A stretch of 64,000 nucleotides of DNA from Pseudomonadota bacterium (GTDB taxonomy: Bacteria; Myxococcota; JACRCW01; JAFGSX01). The notes beneath the pieces were generated by a model. It did not search any database, was not told the DNA's origin, and was given only the letters and a program-made list of their open reading frames with translations. Below, one piece after another: positions 1 to 11,200 of the stretch. A program made the translations under genes and the position numbers. The stretch is taken from positions 96,001-160,000 of the forward strand of contig JBDRCO010000118.1 of NCBI GenBank assembly GCA_043821645.1. Reading direction: 5' to 3'. Numbering within the stretch: position 1 is the stretch's first letter; every line of letters starts with the position of its first letter.

Positions 1-1
1 C

Positions 2-523
2 CTCGACGAGGCCATGGCCAGGTCCGACCTGGTGCTGAGCTCGGGCGGTGTCAGCGTCGGTGATCGCGACCTGGTACCCCGGGTCCTGGCCGAGCTCGGC
101 GCGCGCACCGTGCTGCACAAGGTGCGCATGAAACCTGGCAAACCGGTGCTGGTGGCGAGGCGAGGCAACACCTGGGTGCTGGGCCTGCCGGGCAATCCGG
201 TGTCCGTTGCCACAGCGTTTCGTATGTTCGCGCGGCCCCTGATCGAGACCCTGGCCGGCGATGGCAGCGCGTTTCAGGAGCACGCCCTGCTGCTCCCTGT
301 TGGCGCAGGAACTGGCAACCGCGGTGAGCGCACGCTGCTGCTGCCTGCGCGGCTGACTGTCGTCGAAGGCCGGCTGCAGGTCCTTCCCCTGGCCTGGAAA
401 GGCTCGCACGATCTGGTGACGGCGGCAGCAGGCGACGCACTGCTGCGCCTCGAGCCGGGTCAGGAGTGTCGAGCGGGTGAGCTCGCGGCGGTGTATGCCC
501 TGCCCTGGCGCGTCTGCCTGTGA
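2..523 (+). CDS. moeA: Molybdopterin molybdotransferase MoeA, C-terminal part (5' end is outside the window)
   Basis: Motifs SGGVSVGDRD, MKPGKP, GLPGNPVS and GSHDL are typical of MoeA; lies directly upstream of moaA and moaC. Confidence 0.92.
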   Translation, partial: LDEAMARSDLVLSSGGVSVGDRDLVPRVLAELGARTVLHKVRMKPGKPVLVARRGNTWVLGLPGNPVSVATAFRMFARPLIETLAGDGSAFQEHALLLPVGAGTGNRGERTLLLPARLTVVEGRLQVLPLAWKGSHDLVTAAAGDALLRLEPGQECRAGELAAVYALPWRVCL

Positions 524-590
524 TGCACCGCCGGTGTGGACTCGACACGACACAGCTGCGCGTTACATCCTGATTGTGGTAGACCGATAA

Positions 591-711
591 CTGTCTCCGA
601 CCCGGATTCTCTAAGGCCACGCGGCTACGAGGACCCGGGCGGTGGATCGCCCACGCGATCCCGAGGGCCGTTCCGGAAACGGAGCGACCTCCCGACCTGG
701 AAAGGAGACCC
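591..711 (+). ncRNA. Molybdenum cofactor (Moco) riboswitch-like leader of moaA
   Basis: P1 GTCTCC (593-598) pairs with GGAGAC (704-709), which contains the Shine-Dalgarno. Also a CTAAG internal loop, a GATCGC/GCGATC hairpin (P3), a GAAA-capped hairpin, and CCTCCC...GGAAAGG just before the moaA ATG, matching the Moco RNA motif. Confidence 0.85.
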
Positions 712-713
712 GC

Positions 714-1685
714 ATGAACTGGCCCGTCCTGGGCGCTGGCCATGATCGATCACTGCGTCTGTCGGTGACAGACCGCTGCAACCTGCGCTGTCGCTACTGC
801 ATGCCCGAGCATCGCGAGGCACTGGCGCGCGACCACGGCCTGCCCTCCCTCGAGCGCCTCACCGTCGTGGCGCGCTGGCTGGTGGAGCACGCCGGCGTCC
901 ATCGCATCCGGCTCACCGGCGGGGAGCCACTGGTGCGCAGCGATCTGCCAGCGATGGTGGCCGCGCTGAACAGGATGCCCGGCGTCGAGGAGATCTCCCT
1001 GACCAGCAACGGCGCCTTGCTGGAGCACCTGGCACTGCCGCTGCGCGACGCCGGACTGGCCCGGGTCAATGTGTCCCTGGACACCCTGGACCCACATCGC
1101 TTCGCCGTGCTCACCCGCGGTGGACGCCTCGCCGACACCGTGCGCGGCATTCACGCGGCGCTGGCGGCCGGGTTGCGGCCCCTCAAGCTCAATACCGTGC
1201 TCCGCCGCTCGTCGTGGATCGAAGATCTGCCGACCCTGATCGACTTCGCCGCGCGCGAGGGGTTGGAGCTGCGCCTGATCGAGCTGATGGAGACCGCGGC
1301 GGACCCCACCTGGACCCGCTCCGAGCAGATCCCGATGCAGGAGGTGCGCACCTGGCTCGAGCAAGGGGCAACCCTGATGCCGCTGCCCACGCGCCACACC
1401 GCGCCTGCCCGTCGTCACGTGCTGCGCTGGGACGACCGCGAGCTTGCCATCGGTTTCATCAGCCCGCGCAGCGCTCCCTTCTGCGGACACTGCAATCGCC
1501 TGCGCGTGGACATGCACGGCCGCCTGCACCGCTGCCTCATGGATACAGCAGCCCTGCCCCTGCTCGATCTCATCGAGGCCGGGGACGACGCCACCACCAC
1601 GCGATCTGTCGAAGCCTACCTGGCAGGCAAGAGCGCGCCTGTGGCCATGGCCTCGTCGCGCGCCATGCATGCCATCGGCGGCTGA
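714..1685 (+). CDS. moaA: GTP 3',8-cyclase MoaA (radical SAM)
   Basis: LRLSVTDRCNLRCRYCMP, LTGGEP, FCxxCNRLR...C and C-terminal IGG; ATG at 714 follows GGAG. Confidence 0.95.
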   Translation: MNWPVLGAGHDRSLRLSVTDRCNLRCRYCMPEHREALARDHGLPSLERLTVVARWLVEHAGVHRIRLTGGEPLVRSDLPAMVAALNRMPGVEEISLTSNGALLEHLALPLRDAGLARVNVSLDTLDPHRFAVLTRGGRLADTVRGIHAALAAGLRPLKLNTVLRRSSWIEDLPTLIDFAAREGLELRLIELMETAADPTWTRSEQIPMQEVRTWLEQGATLMPLPTRHTAPARRHVLRWDDRELAIGFISPRSAPFCGHCNRLRVDMHGRLHRCLMDTAALPLLDLIEAGDDATTTRSVEAYLAGKSAPVAMASSRAMHAIGG

Positions 1686-1726
1686 GCCCGCAGGCGACCG
1701 CCCCAGGAGCACTCGAGGACTCCGCC

Positions 1727-2221
1727 ATGAACCCGCTCAGCCATCTCGATGCCCAGGGCCGCACCCACATGGTCGACGTCGGCGACAAGACCTTGAGCGA
1801 GCGCCGCGCCCTCGCCGAGGCTTGGCTACAGGTGGGCCCGCAGGTGATGACCGCCCTGCGCGACGGCAGCGTGCCCAAGGGCAACGCTCTGGAGTGCGCG
1901 CGCCTGGCGGGAATACAGGCGGCCAAGCGCACCAGCGAGCTGATCCCGCTATGTCACCAGATCGCGCTGGATCACGTGGACGTGCAGCTCGAGCTGGTCG
2001 ACGGTGACGCCGCGGCCGGGGCGCGGGTGCACATCCTGGCCAGCGCCCGCTGCCGCGCGGCCACAGGCGTCGAGATGGAGGCCCTGACCGCGACCGCCGT
2101 TGCCGGCCTGACCCTGATCGACATGCTCAAGGCCCTGCAAAAGGACCTGCGCCTCGACGGCCTGCGCCTGCTGCGGAAGTCCGGTGGACGGTCTGGGGAG
2201 TACCGGGCGGACGGGGCCTGA
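1727..2221 (+). CDS. moaC: Cyclic pyranopterin monophosphate synthase MoaC
   Basis: LSHLD...MVDV, AAKRTSELIPLCH, TGVEMEALT and KSGGRSG; ATG at 1727 follows GAGG. Confidence 0.95.
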   Translation: MNPLSHLDAQGRTHMVDVGDKTLSERRALAEAWLQVGPQVMTALRDGSVPKGNALECARLAGIQAAKRTSELIPLCHQIALDHVDVQLELVDGDAAAGARVHILASARCRAATGVEMEALTATAVAGLTLIDMLKALQKDLRLDGLRLLRKSGGRSGEYRADGA

Positions 2222-2238
2222 GGTACGACCTTTTCTCG

Positions 2239-5200
2239 TCACCGACGCCGGCGCCGCCAGGCGAGCACCAGCCAGCTGCCCAGGGCCAGGGCTGTTCCCG
2301 CCGGGCCACTCGACGCACAGCCGCAGCCTGCGGGCAACGGTCTGTAACCCACATCGGTCACGATGCCGTCGCCACTGTCGCCGCCGGTGAGGGCGCCGCT
2401 GTCGACCACCACGCCCGTGACGTCGAGCACACCGCCCTCCGCCTGGGCGGCGTCGACCAGGGTCCCGGCGTCGGGCTGAACCGGGGCATCGCGCCCGGCG
2501 GCGTCGACGATGACGCTGCTGTCGCTGCCGGCCCCCCGCGTCGTCACCGGACACGCGGATCTCGAAGCTGGCGCTCGCCCAGGGCCCGGCGCCCACGGCA
2601 TCGCTGCCCCGGGCGCGCCAGGTGTAGGTGCCCGCAGCTAGATCGCTGCCCGGCGTGAAGGTCACCTCGCCCGCCACCGCCGCCAGCGCACTCGCCTGCG
2701 CCACCACGGCGCTGCTGGCGTCCTGAATCTCGACCTCGTGCCACACCGCGTCGCCCTCCGCATCGACCGCGGCTTGCCAGCGGAAGGTGGGCCGCTGCTG
2801 TGCCAGCACGGCGCCGACGGGAGCGATCAGGACGGGTGCCGCCGGCCTCTGGTTGCTGCTCGCGACGCGGAAGGTCCAGCGCGCGCTGAAGGCGCCCGCA
2901 CTGCCGTCGGGTGTGACCGCCTGCACGCGCCAGCTGTAGCGCGAGCCCTCGGTGAGGCTGGCCAGTGTCGCCTGGACCTCCCCGTCCACCGCTCCATCGT
3001 CGGCGTCGGCCACGTTGTCGATCTGATCCAGCACGGTACTGCCGTCCGCCGTGGACAGCTCAAAGCGATACAGCAGGTCCTCGCCGTCCGGGTCCTGCAC
3101 CGTGGACGCGCGCAGCAGTACGGGAGGGCTGACCTCGCTGCTGTCGGCCGGCGCGATCAATGTCGGGGCCGGGGGAGGCTGCTCCACCAGATCGAGCACG
3201 AAGCTGGCGGCCAGGGCCTCGCTCTCCATCACGCCGTCGGAGGCCCAGGCCCGGAGCCACCAGGTGCCGTCGGGGGCGAGGGCGTTTAGATCCACATGCA
3301 CCACGTCGTCGGTGCCGGCGCGCAGGTCCTCGACCAGCACCGTGCTGGCCACGTCGAAGGAGCCGTCTGGCGACAGTGCAAGCCGGTACAGGACCTCGCG
3401 ACCCTCGGGATCCTGCACCGCGCCCAGGCGCAGCTCAGCGTCCGAGGCCCGCACCCGCCCTCCGTCGACCGGCGACAGCAGCAGCGGCGGTGGCGGCGCC
3501 AGGTTGATCAGGTTCACGGTGAACTGGAAGCTCACCGACACCGGACCCTCGAGGCCCCGAGCGTCGATGGCCTGCACATCCCAGAACCAGGTCGAACCGT
3601 CCGTGAGCAGCTGGGTCACGGTGAAGCCCACCGGACCCAGGGCCGGCGGGGCGATCGGGTCGCTGGTGATCACCGCTGGCCCGTCGAACTCGCTGCGCAG
3701 GCTGAAGCGGTAGCTCACCCGGTCCCCATCCGGGTCCACGACCTGGCCCGCCTCGAGCCGGGGCGCGGCCACACCCACGCTACCCTGATCCGGGGGACTC
3801 AGGGGTTGCGGCGCCGGCGGCGGCTCGTTGATGGTGTCGACGACAAAGCTTCGCACCACCGAGACCGCCGAGCCTGTGCCATCACTGGCCCACACGTTCC
3901 AGCTGTAATGCACGCCCTCTTCCAGGTCCAGGTCAACGACGACGCTGGCCTGCAGGCCGGTATCCGCGAGGCCGAGGGCGCTGAAGATCAGGGTGCCAGA
4001 GTTGTCCTCGCGCCACAGCTCGACGTCGTAGTGCACGGGGTCCCCGTCGGGATCTGTCGAGGGGTTCCACACCAGGGTCGGCGTCAGCGTGCTGACCCGC
4101 GCCAGGTCGGCGGGGGCCACCAGCTGAGGCGCGCCCGGTGCGTTGGACACGAAGGGATCACTGCCACACAGGTACTCGTCGAGGTTGCTCAGCCCGTCGC
4201 TGTCCGGGTCCTCGGCTGCGTCGTCGCGGCTCGGGTCCGTGCCCACCAGCGTCTCCCAGGTGTCGGGAAGGGCATCGTTGTCGACGTCGATGAAGTCCAC
4301 CACCACGGTGTAAGGAACCTCGACCAGGCCGCCGTGGCCGTCGTCGACCCGCACCCGCAGCGTGCGCACACCGATGCTGGCAAAGTCCGGCAACCAGGAC
4401 AGCACGCCACTGCTGCTGCCCAGGGTCATGCCCGGCGGCGCGCTCAGCAACGAGAAGGTCAAGCTGTCGGTGTCGGGATCGCTGGCCGCGATGGTCACGC
4501 TGTAGGCCTCGTTTTCGTGGGCCCCGGGCAGCGTGACCGTGGTGATCTGGGGCGGCCGGTTGACGTTGCGTACCGTCACCTGCCAGGTGCGCCGGGTGAG
4601 ACCCGCACCGTTCTGCGCCTGCACCTCGATGGCGTGCAGACCCGCGGCGTCGAAGTCCGGCGTCCAGGAGAAGGCGCCGGTCACCTCGTCGAAGCTGGCC
4701 CCATTCGGCAGATTGACCACGGTCACGGCCACCGTTAGCGAGGTCTGGGGATCCACCGCGGTGATACTGGCGCTCAGAGTGGTGCCCTCGTTGACCGTGG
4801 CATCCGCGGGCAGGTTGATGTTGGGAGGCAGCCCGCCATCGCCCACGACGATGGTGATGGTCTCGCTATCCACCAGGCTGCCATCGCTCACCGTGAAGGT
4901 CACGGTGTGGGCTCCGGCGTCCGCAGCCCCCGGGGACCAGCTGAAGAGTGCTCCGACGAGACTGGCGCCCACAGGCAAGCCCGTGGCGGTGATGGTCTGG
5001 GACGGGCCGTCAGGATCGGTCACCGCGATGGTGAAGCTGAGCGTGCCGTCGATGGGCACTTGCTGGTTGCCGATGGGCACGATCGCCGGGGCATCGTTGA
5101 CCGCGCTGACCACGATGTGCGCGGCCTGCTCGGCAGAGGCTCCCGCCAGATCCTGAACCCGCACCGTGAAGTCGTGAACACCGACCTCGGGATCGTCGGG

Positions 5201-8200
5201 GCTGAACAGGATCAGACCCGTCACCGGATCGACCTGCATGCCGGCGGGCGCTCCCACCAGCAGGTAGGTGAGCGTGTCACCCTGGTCGATATCCTGGGCC
5301 TCGAGGGTGAAGGCGAAGGCGCCCTCCTCGACCACTGTGGCGTTGATGGCACTCGAGGTGAAGAAGGGCGGATCGTTGATGTTGACCACGGTCAGGCTGT
5401 GTACGAAAACCGTGCTACCACCGTTCGTGTCACTCGCCCGCAGGCGGATGGTATGCACGCCCACGTCCGCGTTGCCCGGCGTCCACTGCAGGACGCCGCC
5501 CACCAGGGTCAGACCCGCCGGGGCCGCCACCAGACTCAGGGTCACGCTGTCGCCAACGTCAGGGTCGCTGACCGACGGCGTCCAGCTCCAGGTGCTGCCC
5601 TCGGCCACGCTGGCGCCCGGCGCCGGACTGGCCCCGAACACGGGCGCGTCATTGACGTTGCTCACCGTCACGGTGAAGGACTGGGTGGCGCTCAGCCCCC
5701 CGGAGTCCGTCGCGGTGAGGGTCACGCCGTGGCTGCCCACGGCGGCGTTGTCGGGGAGCCAGCTCACGGCGCCGCTCTGGGCGTCGACGATCATGCCCGC
5801 CGGATGCACGGTCAGGGCGTAGCTCAGGCTGGCATCTTCCTCGTCCTGGGCGCTGGCCGCGTAGCTGTAGGCCTGGTCCTCGGTCGCTGCGGTCACCGGC
5901 ACGCTGCTGAACACCGGTGGGTCGTTGACCGCGATCACGGTGACCGAGAAGCTGTGGTGCAGCTCGCCGCCCTGGTCGTCGGTGATCAGGATGTCGAAGC
6001 CACGCAGACCGGTCTGGGCGCCGGTCGGGGTCCAGCTCACCTGGCCGCTGAACTCGCCCACGCTCGCCCCCACCGGCATGCTCACGGGCACGAAGCGGAT
6101 GGTCTGGCCGTCGGGATCGCTGGCCACGATGGCATAGCTGTAGAGCTGGTCCTCGGTGGCGGTGGTCACCGGCGTACTGGTCACCACCGGGGGCCGGTTG
6201 ACGTTGCCGATCGCAATGCTGGTGCTGCCGCTGGCCGTGCGGCCGTTGGCGGTCGCCAAGAAATTGGCCTGGTAGGTGCCGGACTGATCGTAGCCCGGGG
6301 TCCAGCTGAAGCGCCCCTGGGCCGGGTCAAAGCTCGCGCCCGCGGGACCGCTGGTCATGCTCAGCACCACGGTGTCGCCATCCGGATCGCTGCCGCTGAC
6401 GACGAAGGTCAGCAGCTGGCCCTCGGATCCACTGGCGCTGGCCGGCGCCGTCAGGCTGGGATCGCGATCGGTGTTGGCGATGTCCAGGGTGAGCACGCGG
6501 TTGTCGCGCGCGATGCTGTCATCGGCAAACACGGTGATGGAACGCGAGCCCGCCGCGTCGTAGGGCGGCGTCCAGGTGAACACGCCCGTGCTCGGGTGGA
6601 TGCTGGCCCCGGCGGGGAGGCCGGTGCCACCATAGCTGAGGCTGGGGCCGTCGACGTCGGTGGCTGCCAGGGTGAAGGTGAGCAGGCTGCCCTCGGCACC
6701 GCTGACGGTGCCACTCGGCGTCGGCGCTCCCAGCACCGGAGGATCGTTGACGTTGGCCACCGTGATGCTGAAGCTCTGCACCGCGAACAGCCCGCCGGCG
6801 TCGGTGACGCGCAGCACCACCGCATGGCTACCGACTTCGGCGTTGCCCGGCGTGCCGCTGAGTACCCCGGTCGCCGGTACGAAGCTGAGCCAGGCTGGCT
6901 TGGTCGTGGCCGACAGGGTGAGAACGTCGCCCAGATCCTGATCCACCGCCACCAGGGTGTAGCTGTACAGCAGGTCCTCGGTCGCCGCAGTGATGGCCAC
7001 CGACGAGATGGTCGGCGCGTCGTTGACGTTGGTGACCTGCAGCGTGAAGGCCTGGGTCGCCACACCGCCGCTCTTGCCGTCGCTGACGCGCACCGTCACC
7101 GGGTGGCTGCCGACCTGGGCGTTGGTGGGTGTCCAGGTGACCAGGCCCGTGGCCGCAACGATGCTCATGCCCGAGGGATTCTGGGTCAGGCTCCAGGTCA
7201 GGGTGTCCAGGTCGGGGTCGCTGGCCGCCGCGGTGTAGCTCAGCAGCTGGTCCTCGGCGGTTGTGGTCGGGGGGCTGGCCGTGAAGGCGGGCGCGCGGTT
7301 GGTGTCGTCAACCACGATGCTGATGGTTTCGCTGTCGCTCAGCGCCGTGGAATCGGTGACCGTGAAGGTGACGCTGTAGGTCCCGGCGTCCGCGTAGCCC
7401 GGAGTCCAGCTGAACTGCCCCGTCGCGGCGGTGAAGGTGGCGCCCCGGGTAAACGGGTTGTTTCCACCGCCTACGGCACTCAGGGTCAACACCTCTCCAA
7501 CGTCGGGGTCCGACGCCGTGACCACAAAGCTCAGCAGCGAGGCCTCGGCCACGTTGCGATCGCCTACCGGGTCCAGCACCGGCGGCCTGGGCACGTTGCC
7601 CACCGAAATGGTCACCAGCTCGCTGTCGGTGAGCAGGCCGTCGGTGGCAACAAACTCCACCTGGTACGAGCCCTCGTCGCCAAAGCCGGTGGACCAGGTG
7701 AAGGTGCTGCCGTCGAAGCTTGCGCCGCTGGGCAAGGTGCCTGGCGTCACCAGCACGGTGGGCGTGGTGCCATCGGGGTCGCTTGCCGACACCGCGAAGA
7801 TCAAAACGGCACCTTCGGCCACGCTCTGAGGACCGATGGGAGCCAGCACGGGCGGATCGTTGACGTTGGCCACGTTGATGCTGAAGCTCTGCTCGACCCA
7901 GGCACCGAGGTCGTCGGTGACGCGCAGGGTCACCGGGTGGTTGCCGACCTGGGCATTTCCCGGCACGCCCGAGAGCAGACCGCTCACGGGGTTGAAGGCG
8001 AGCCAGGCCGGGCGCAGCGGTGCGCTGAGGGTCAGGTGATCGCCGTGGAGCAGGTCGTCGTCGTCCGCGGTCAGGGTGTAGCTGTAGGGCAGATCCTGGG
8101 TGGCCCCGGTGACGGCCGTCGACGTGACCACGGGCGCGTCGTTGGTGTTGTGCACGGTGATGACGAAGTTCTGGAAGTCGGACTCCAGCAGGTCGTGCAC

Positions 8201-11200
8201 CTCGAGCTCGACCGCATGCGCCCCCACGTCGGCGTTGTTGGGCCGGCCCGGCAGGTTGGTCAGCGCACCGGTCGAGGTGTTGAACTGCAACCATGACGGC
8301 AACACGTTGGCCACCCGCGTGAGGCTGTCACCGACATCGGGGTCCACGACAACCAGGGTGTAGCTGTAGGGCGCGTCCTCGTCGACGTCGGTGACCTCGA
8401 CCGAGGTGATCTGCGGCGGGTCGTTGACGTTGCTGACGGTCAGGGTGAAGGTCGCCTCGACCTGCGCCGGAGTGGGGAGCTGGTCGTCGCGAACGCGCAC
8501 CGTGACACTCCACACGCCAACCTGGGCATCGTCGGCCAGCCCGCCGGGCGTGCTGAAGCTGAGCGCTCCCGTCGTCGGATTCACCACCAGGTTTGGCGGC
8601 GCTCCCGAGACCACGCTGAAGGTCAGCACCTCGCTCAGGCCCACGTCCGCGTCGGGATCGCCGGCGTGGAGCACCGCGCTCAGGGCCTGGTTCTCGGCCA
8701 AGCTGAGGTCGGCAGGCGCCGGGCTCCAGTACGGAGGGTCGTTGATGTTGGTGATGGTGCCGAACGAGAAGCTCACGGTGTCGATCGCACTTCGTCGGTC
8801 CTGCACCTGTATCGTCACCGAGGGCGTCGAGTTGGCGTCCGAGGGGCCCGGCGTCCAGGTCAGGGTCACCGACTTCTGATCTCCTGCGGGGGTCAGGGTG
8901 ATCGCAGGACCGGCCAGCGTGCTGTAACTCAGCGTCTCGGCGGCCCCGGGCGAATTCATGTCCGGGTCGTCCACGGCCAGGATCAGGGTCCACAGCGAGC
9001 CCTGGGTCGCGCTCTGAGCCCCCGGGCTGCTGGTGAACACCGGATCCTGGTTGATGTCGGTGATGGTCACCGTGTAGGCGCGCACCCCGGAGCCACCGAC
9101 GCCGTCACTGACCAGCAGGGTCACGGTCTGCGGCCCGGTCGCGGGATTGCCCGGGGTGCCGCTGAGCTGGCAGTAGCGCAGGCCGACATTGGTCACCGCG
9201 GTGGCGCTGAGCCACGACGGCACACCACCGGACAAGCTGCAGCTCAGGGTCTGGGACAGGTGGGCCACGTCCACGTCGTCGTCGTACAGCCGCGCCAGGG
9301 CCAGATAGGCCACTCCTTCGGTGCCGGTGAGCGGGCTGAGGGTACCCAGGCTCGGACTGTCGTTGACGTTGGCGACGGTGATGGTCCAGCCGAGGTCCGT
9401 CGTGCGCACGCCTGTGGCGCCGGCGGGCACCTGGTCGGTGACGCGCACCAGCACCGTGTTGGCGCCGATGTGGGCATCGCCCGGCGTCCAGCTGATCAGG
9501 CCACTGGCGCTGTTGATGGTCATGCCGGTGGGCTTCTGCACCAGGCTGTAGGTCAGCGTGGTGCCCTCCTCGTCGATCGCGTTGACGTCGAAGCTGTAGG
9601 CCGCGTCCTCGGTGGCCGTGGTCGGTGGCGCGCCCGAAGTGATCACGGGGGCGTCGTTGACCCGGGTCACGTTGAGGGTGAAGGCGCGGCTGGTGCAGGC
9701 TCCCGCTCCTCCCGCCACCGGGTCGCCGTCGCACACCCGCACCGTGGCGGCATGGCTACCCACCACCGCCTGGGCGTCGGTGGGAGTCCAGCGCACGTTC
9801 TGGCAGCGGTACTGGCCGCCGCAGCTGTACACCGCACCCGACGTGGCCAGGCCCGAGGGGCCGCTGACCACGCTGAAGCTCAGGCGCGACAGGTCCACGT
9901 CGTCGTTGTCGGTGAACTGGAAGTTGTAGGACCACAGCGTGTCCTCGGTGAGGGCGACGGTGGTCGGCGGTGCGTTGTAGGTCGGCGCGCTGTTGACGAT
10001 CGCCAGGTTGTACGGGGAGGCCACGCTGGGCAGCTGGTTGTTGGCCTCGCCACCCGGCCCCTCGTCGCGGGTGTTGCTGGCGTCGAGCAAGGCGCGCAGG
10101 TGCACAACGTTGTCAGGCTGGTTGGGCTTGAGCGCGGTGAAGGTGAAGGTGTGGGCGTAGGGCGCCTCGGCCACCGGTGACGAGGTCAGAGCCTGCTGCG
10201 CGGTGTAGGTGGTACCGCTGTCCGGTGGCGCATCCTGGTCCTTGTAGAAGCGCAGGTAGGACGTGGTCGAGCCCGTCCAGGAGGAGTTGAACTTGGTGAT
10301 CACCTGCACCGTCACCAGGTCGCCCTCGACGGGCTGCGCCGGGGTGACGCTGGCCACGTAGCCGGTGACGTCGGGCTTGGGTGTGATCTGGCAGGTGGGG
10401 CAGAAGCCTGGCGGCACATAGGGCGGCGGCTTGATGATGTAGGGGCCGGCCAGGGCATTCTGTGCGCCCGAGCGCAGGCGCAGGAACAGCGCGCTGGGGA
10501 AACCCTCCCACGGGTAGGCGCCGGCGTGGGGCATGACCTTGACGAAGGGCAGGGACACGACCTCGGTGGAGACGCCACCTGCGCCCAGAGCGCTCACCGT
10601 GTGACTCGAGTAGGGTGTGTCGCCGGCACCTGGTGGGTTGGCCGTGAGCTCTCCGCCGACACCGACGGTCACCGGCACCACGAAGGCGTCCAGGGTGGTC
10701 ACCGCCGACGAGGCACCGCCGCGGTTGAGCACGTGCGCGTAGACCGTGGCCGGCCCCGTGGGGTCGCCCAGATCGCCCAGCTCGAACAGCGGGTGCACGT
10801 AGATGGCGTCGCCCTGGGCCAGGCTGCGGCCGTAGGACTCGTTGTGAGCGTAGATCCAGGGATAGAAGATGCGCGGCTCGAGAAAGGTGTTCAGGAAGAA
10901 GGGCAGGCCAATGCTGTACACCCGGCTGTCGACGGCGCGGTAGCCGATGGGGCGGTAGGCCCGCACCTGGTAGATGAGCAGGTCCGCACTGCTCGGTGGC
11001 GCGCCGCGCGCCGTGACGTCGAATTCCAGCTCGAAGTCGCTGTCGGGCTCGCCGCGTCCGACGTTCCCCGTCGTCGTGATCTTGAAGTAGAAACGAGTCG
11101 TCCCCGACGACACCGCGGTGTAGGGAATGTCCCACAGGAAGTAGTCCGAGGCCGTGCTGTAGCTCGCGCCCAGCAGGCTGAGCCCGCAGCTGGAGAAGGT

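Noticed and set aside
559-590. Possible ModE box (CGTTACAT...TAGACCGAT) upstream of the Moco riboswitch
   Set aside because: The right half-site is poor and the spacing is about 2 bp longer than the ModE consensus.
1949-2531. C-terminal 195 aa of the 4010-aa ORF as given in the ORF track
   Set aside because: Arg-rich, out-of-frame-looking sequence that overlaps moaC antisense; the alternative frame encodes a coherent sorting signal.
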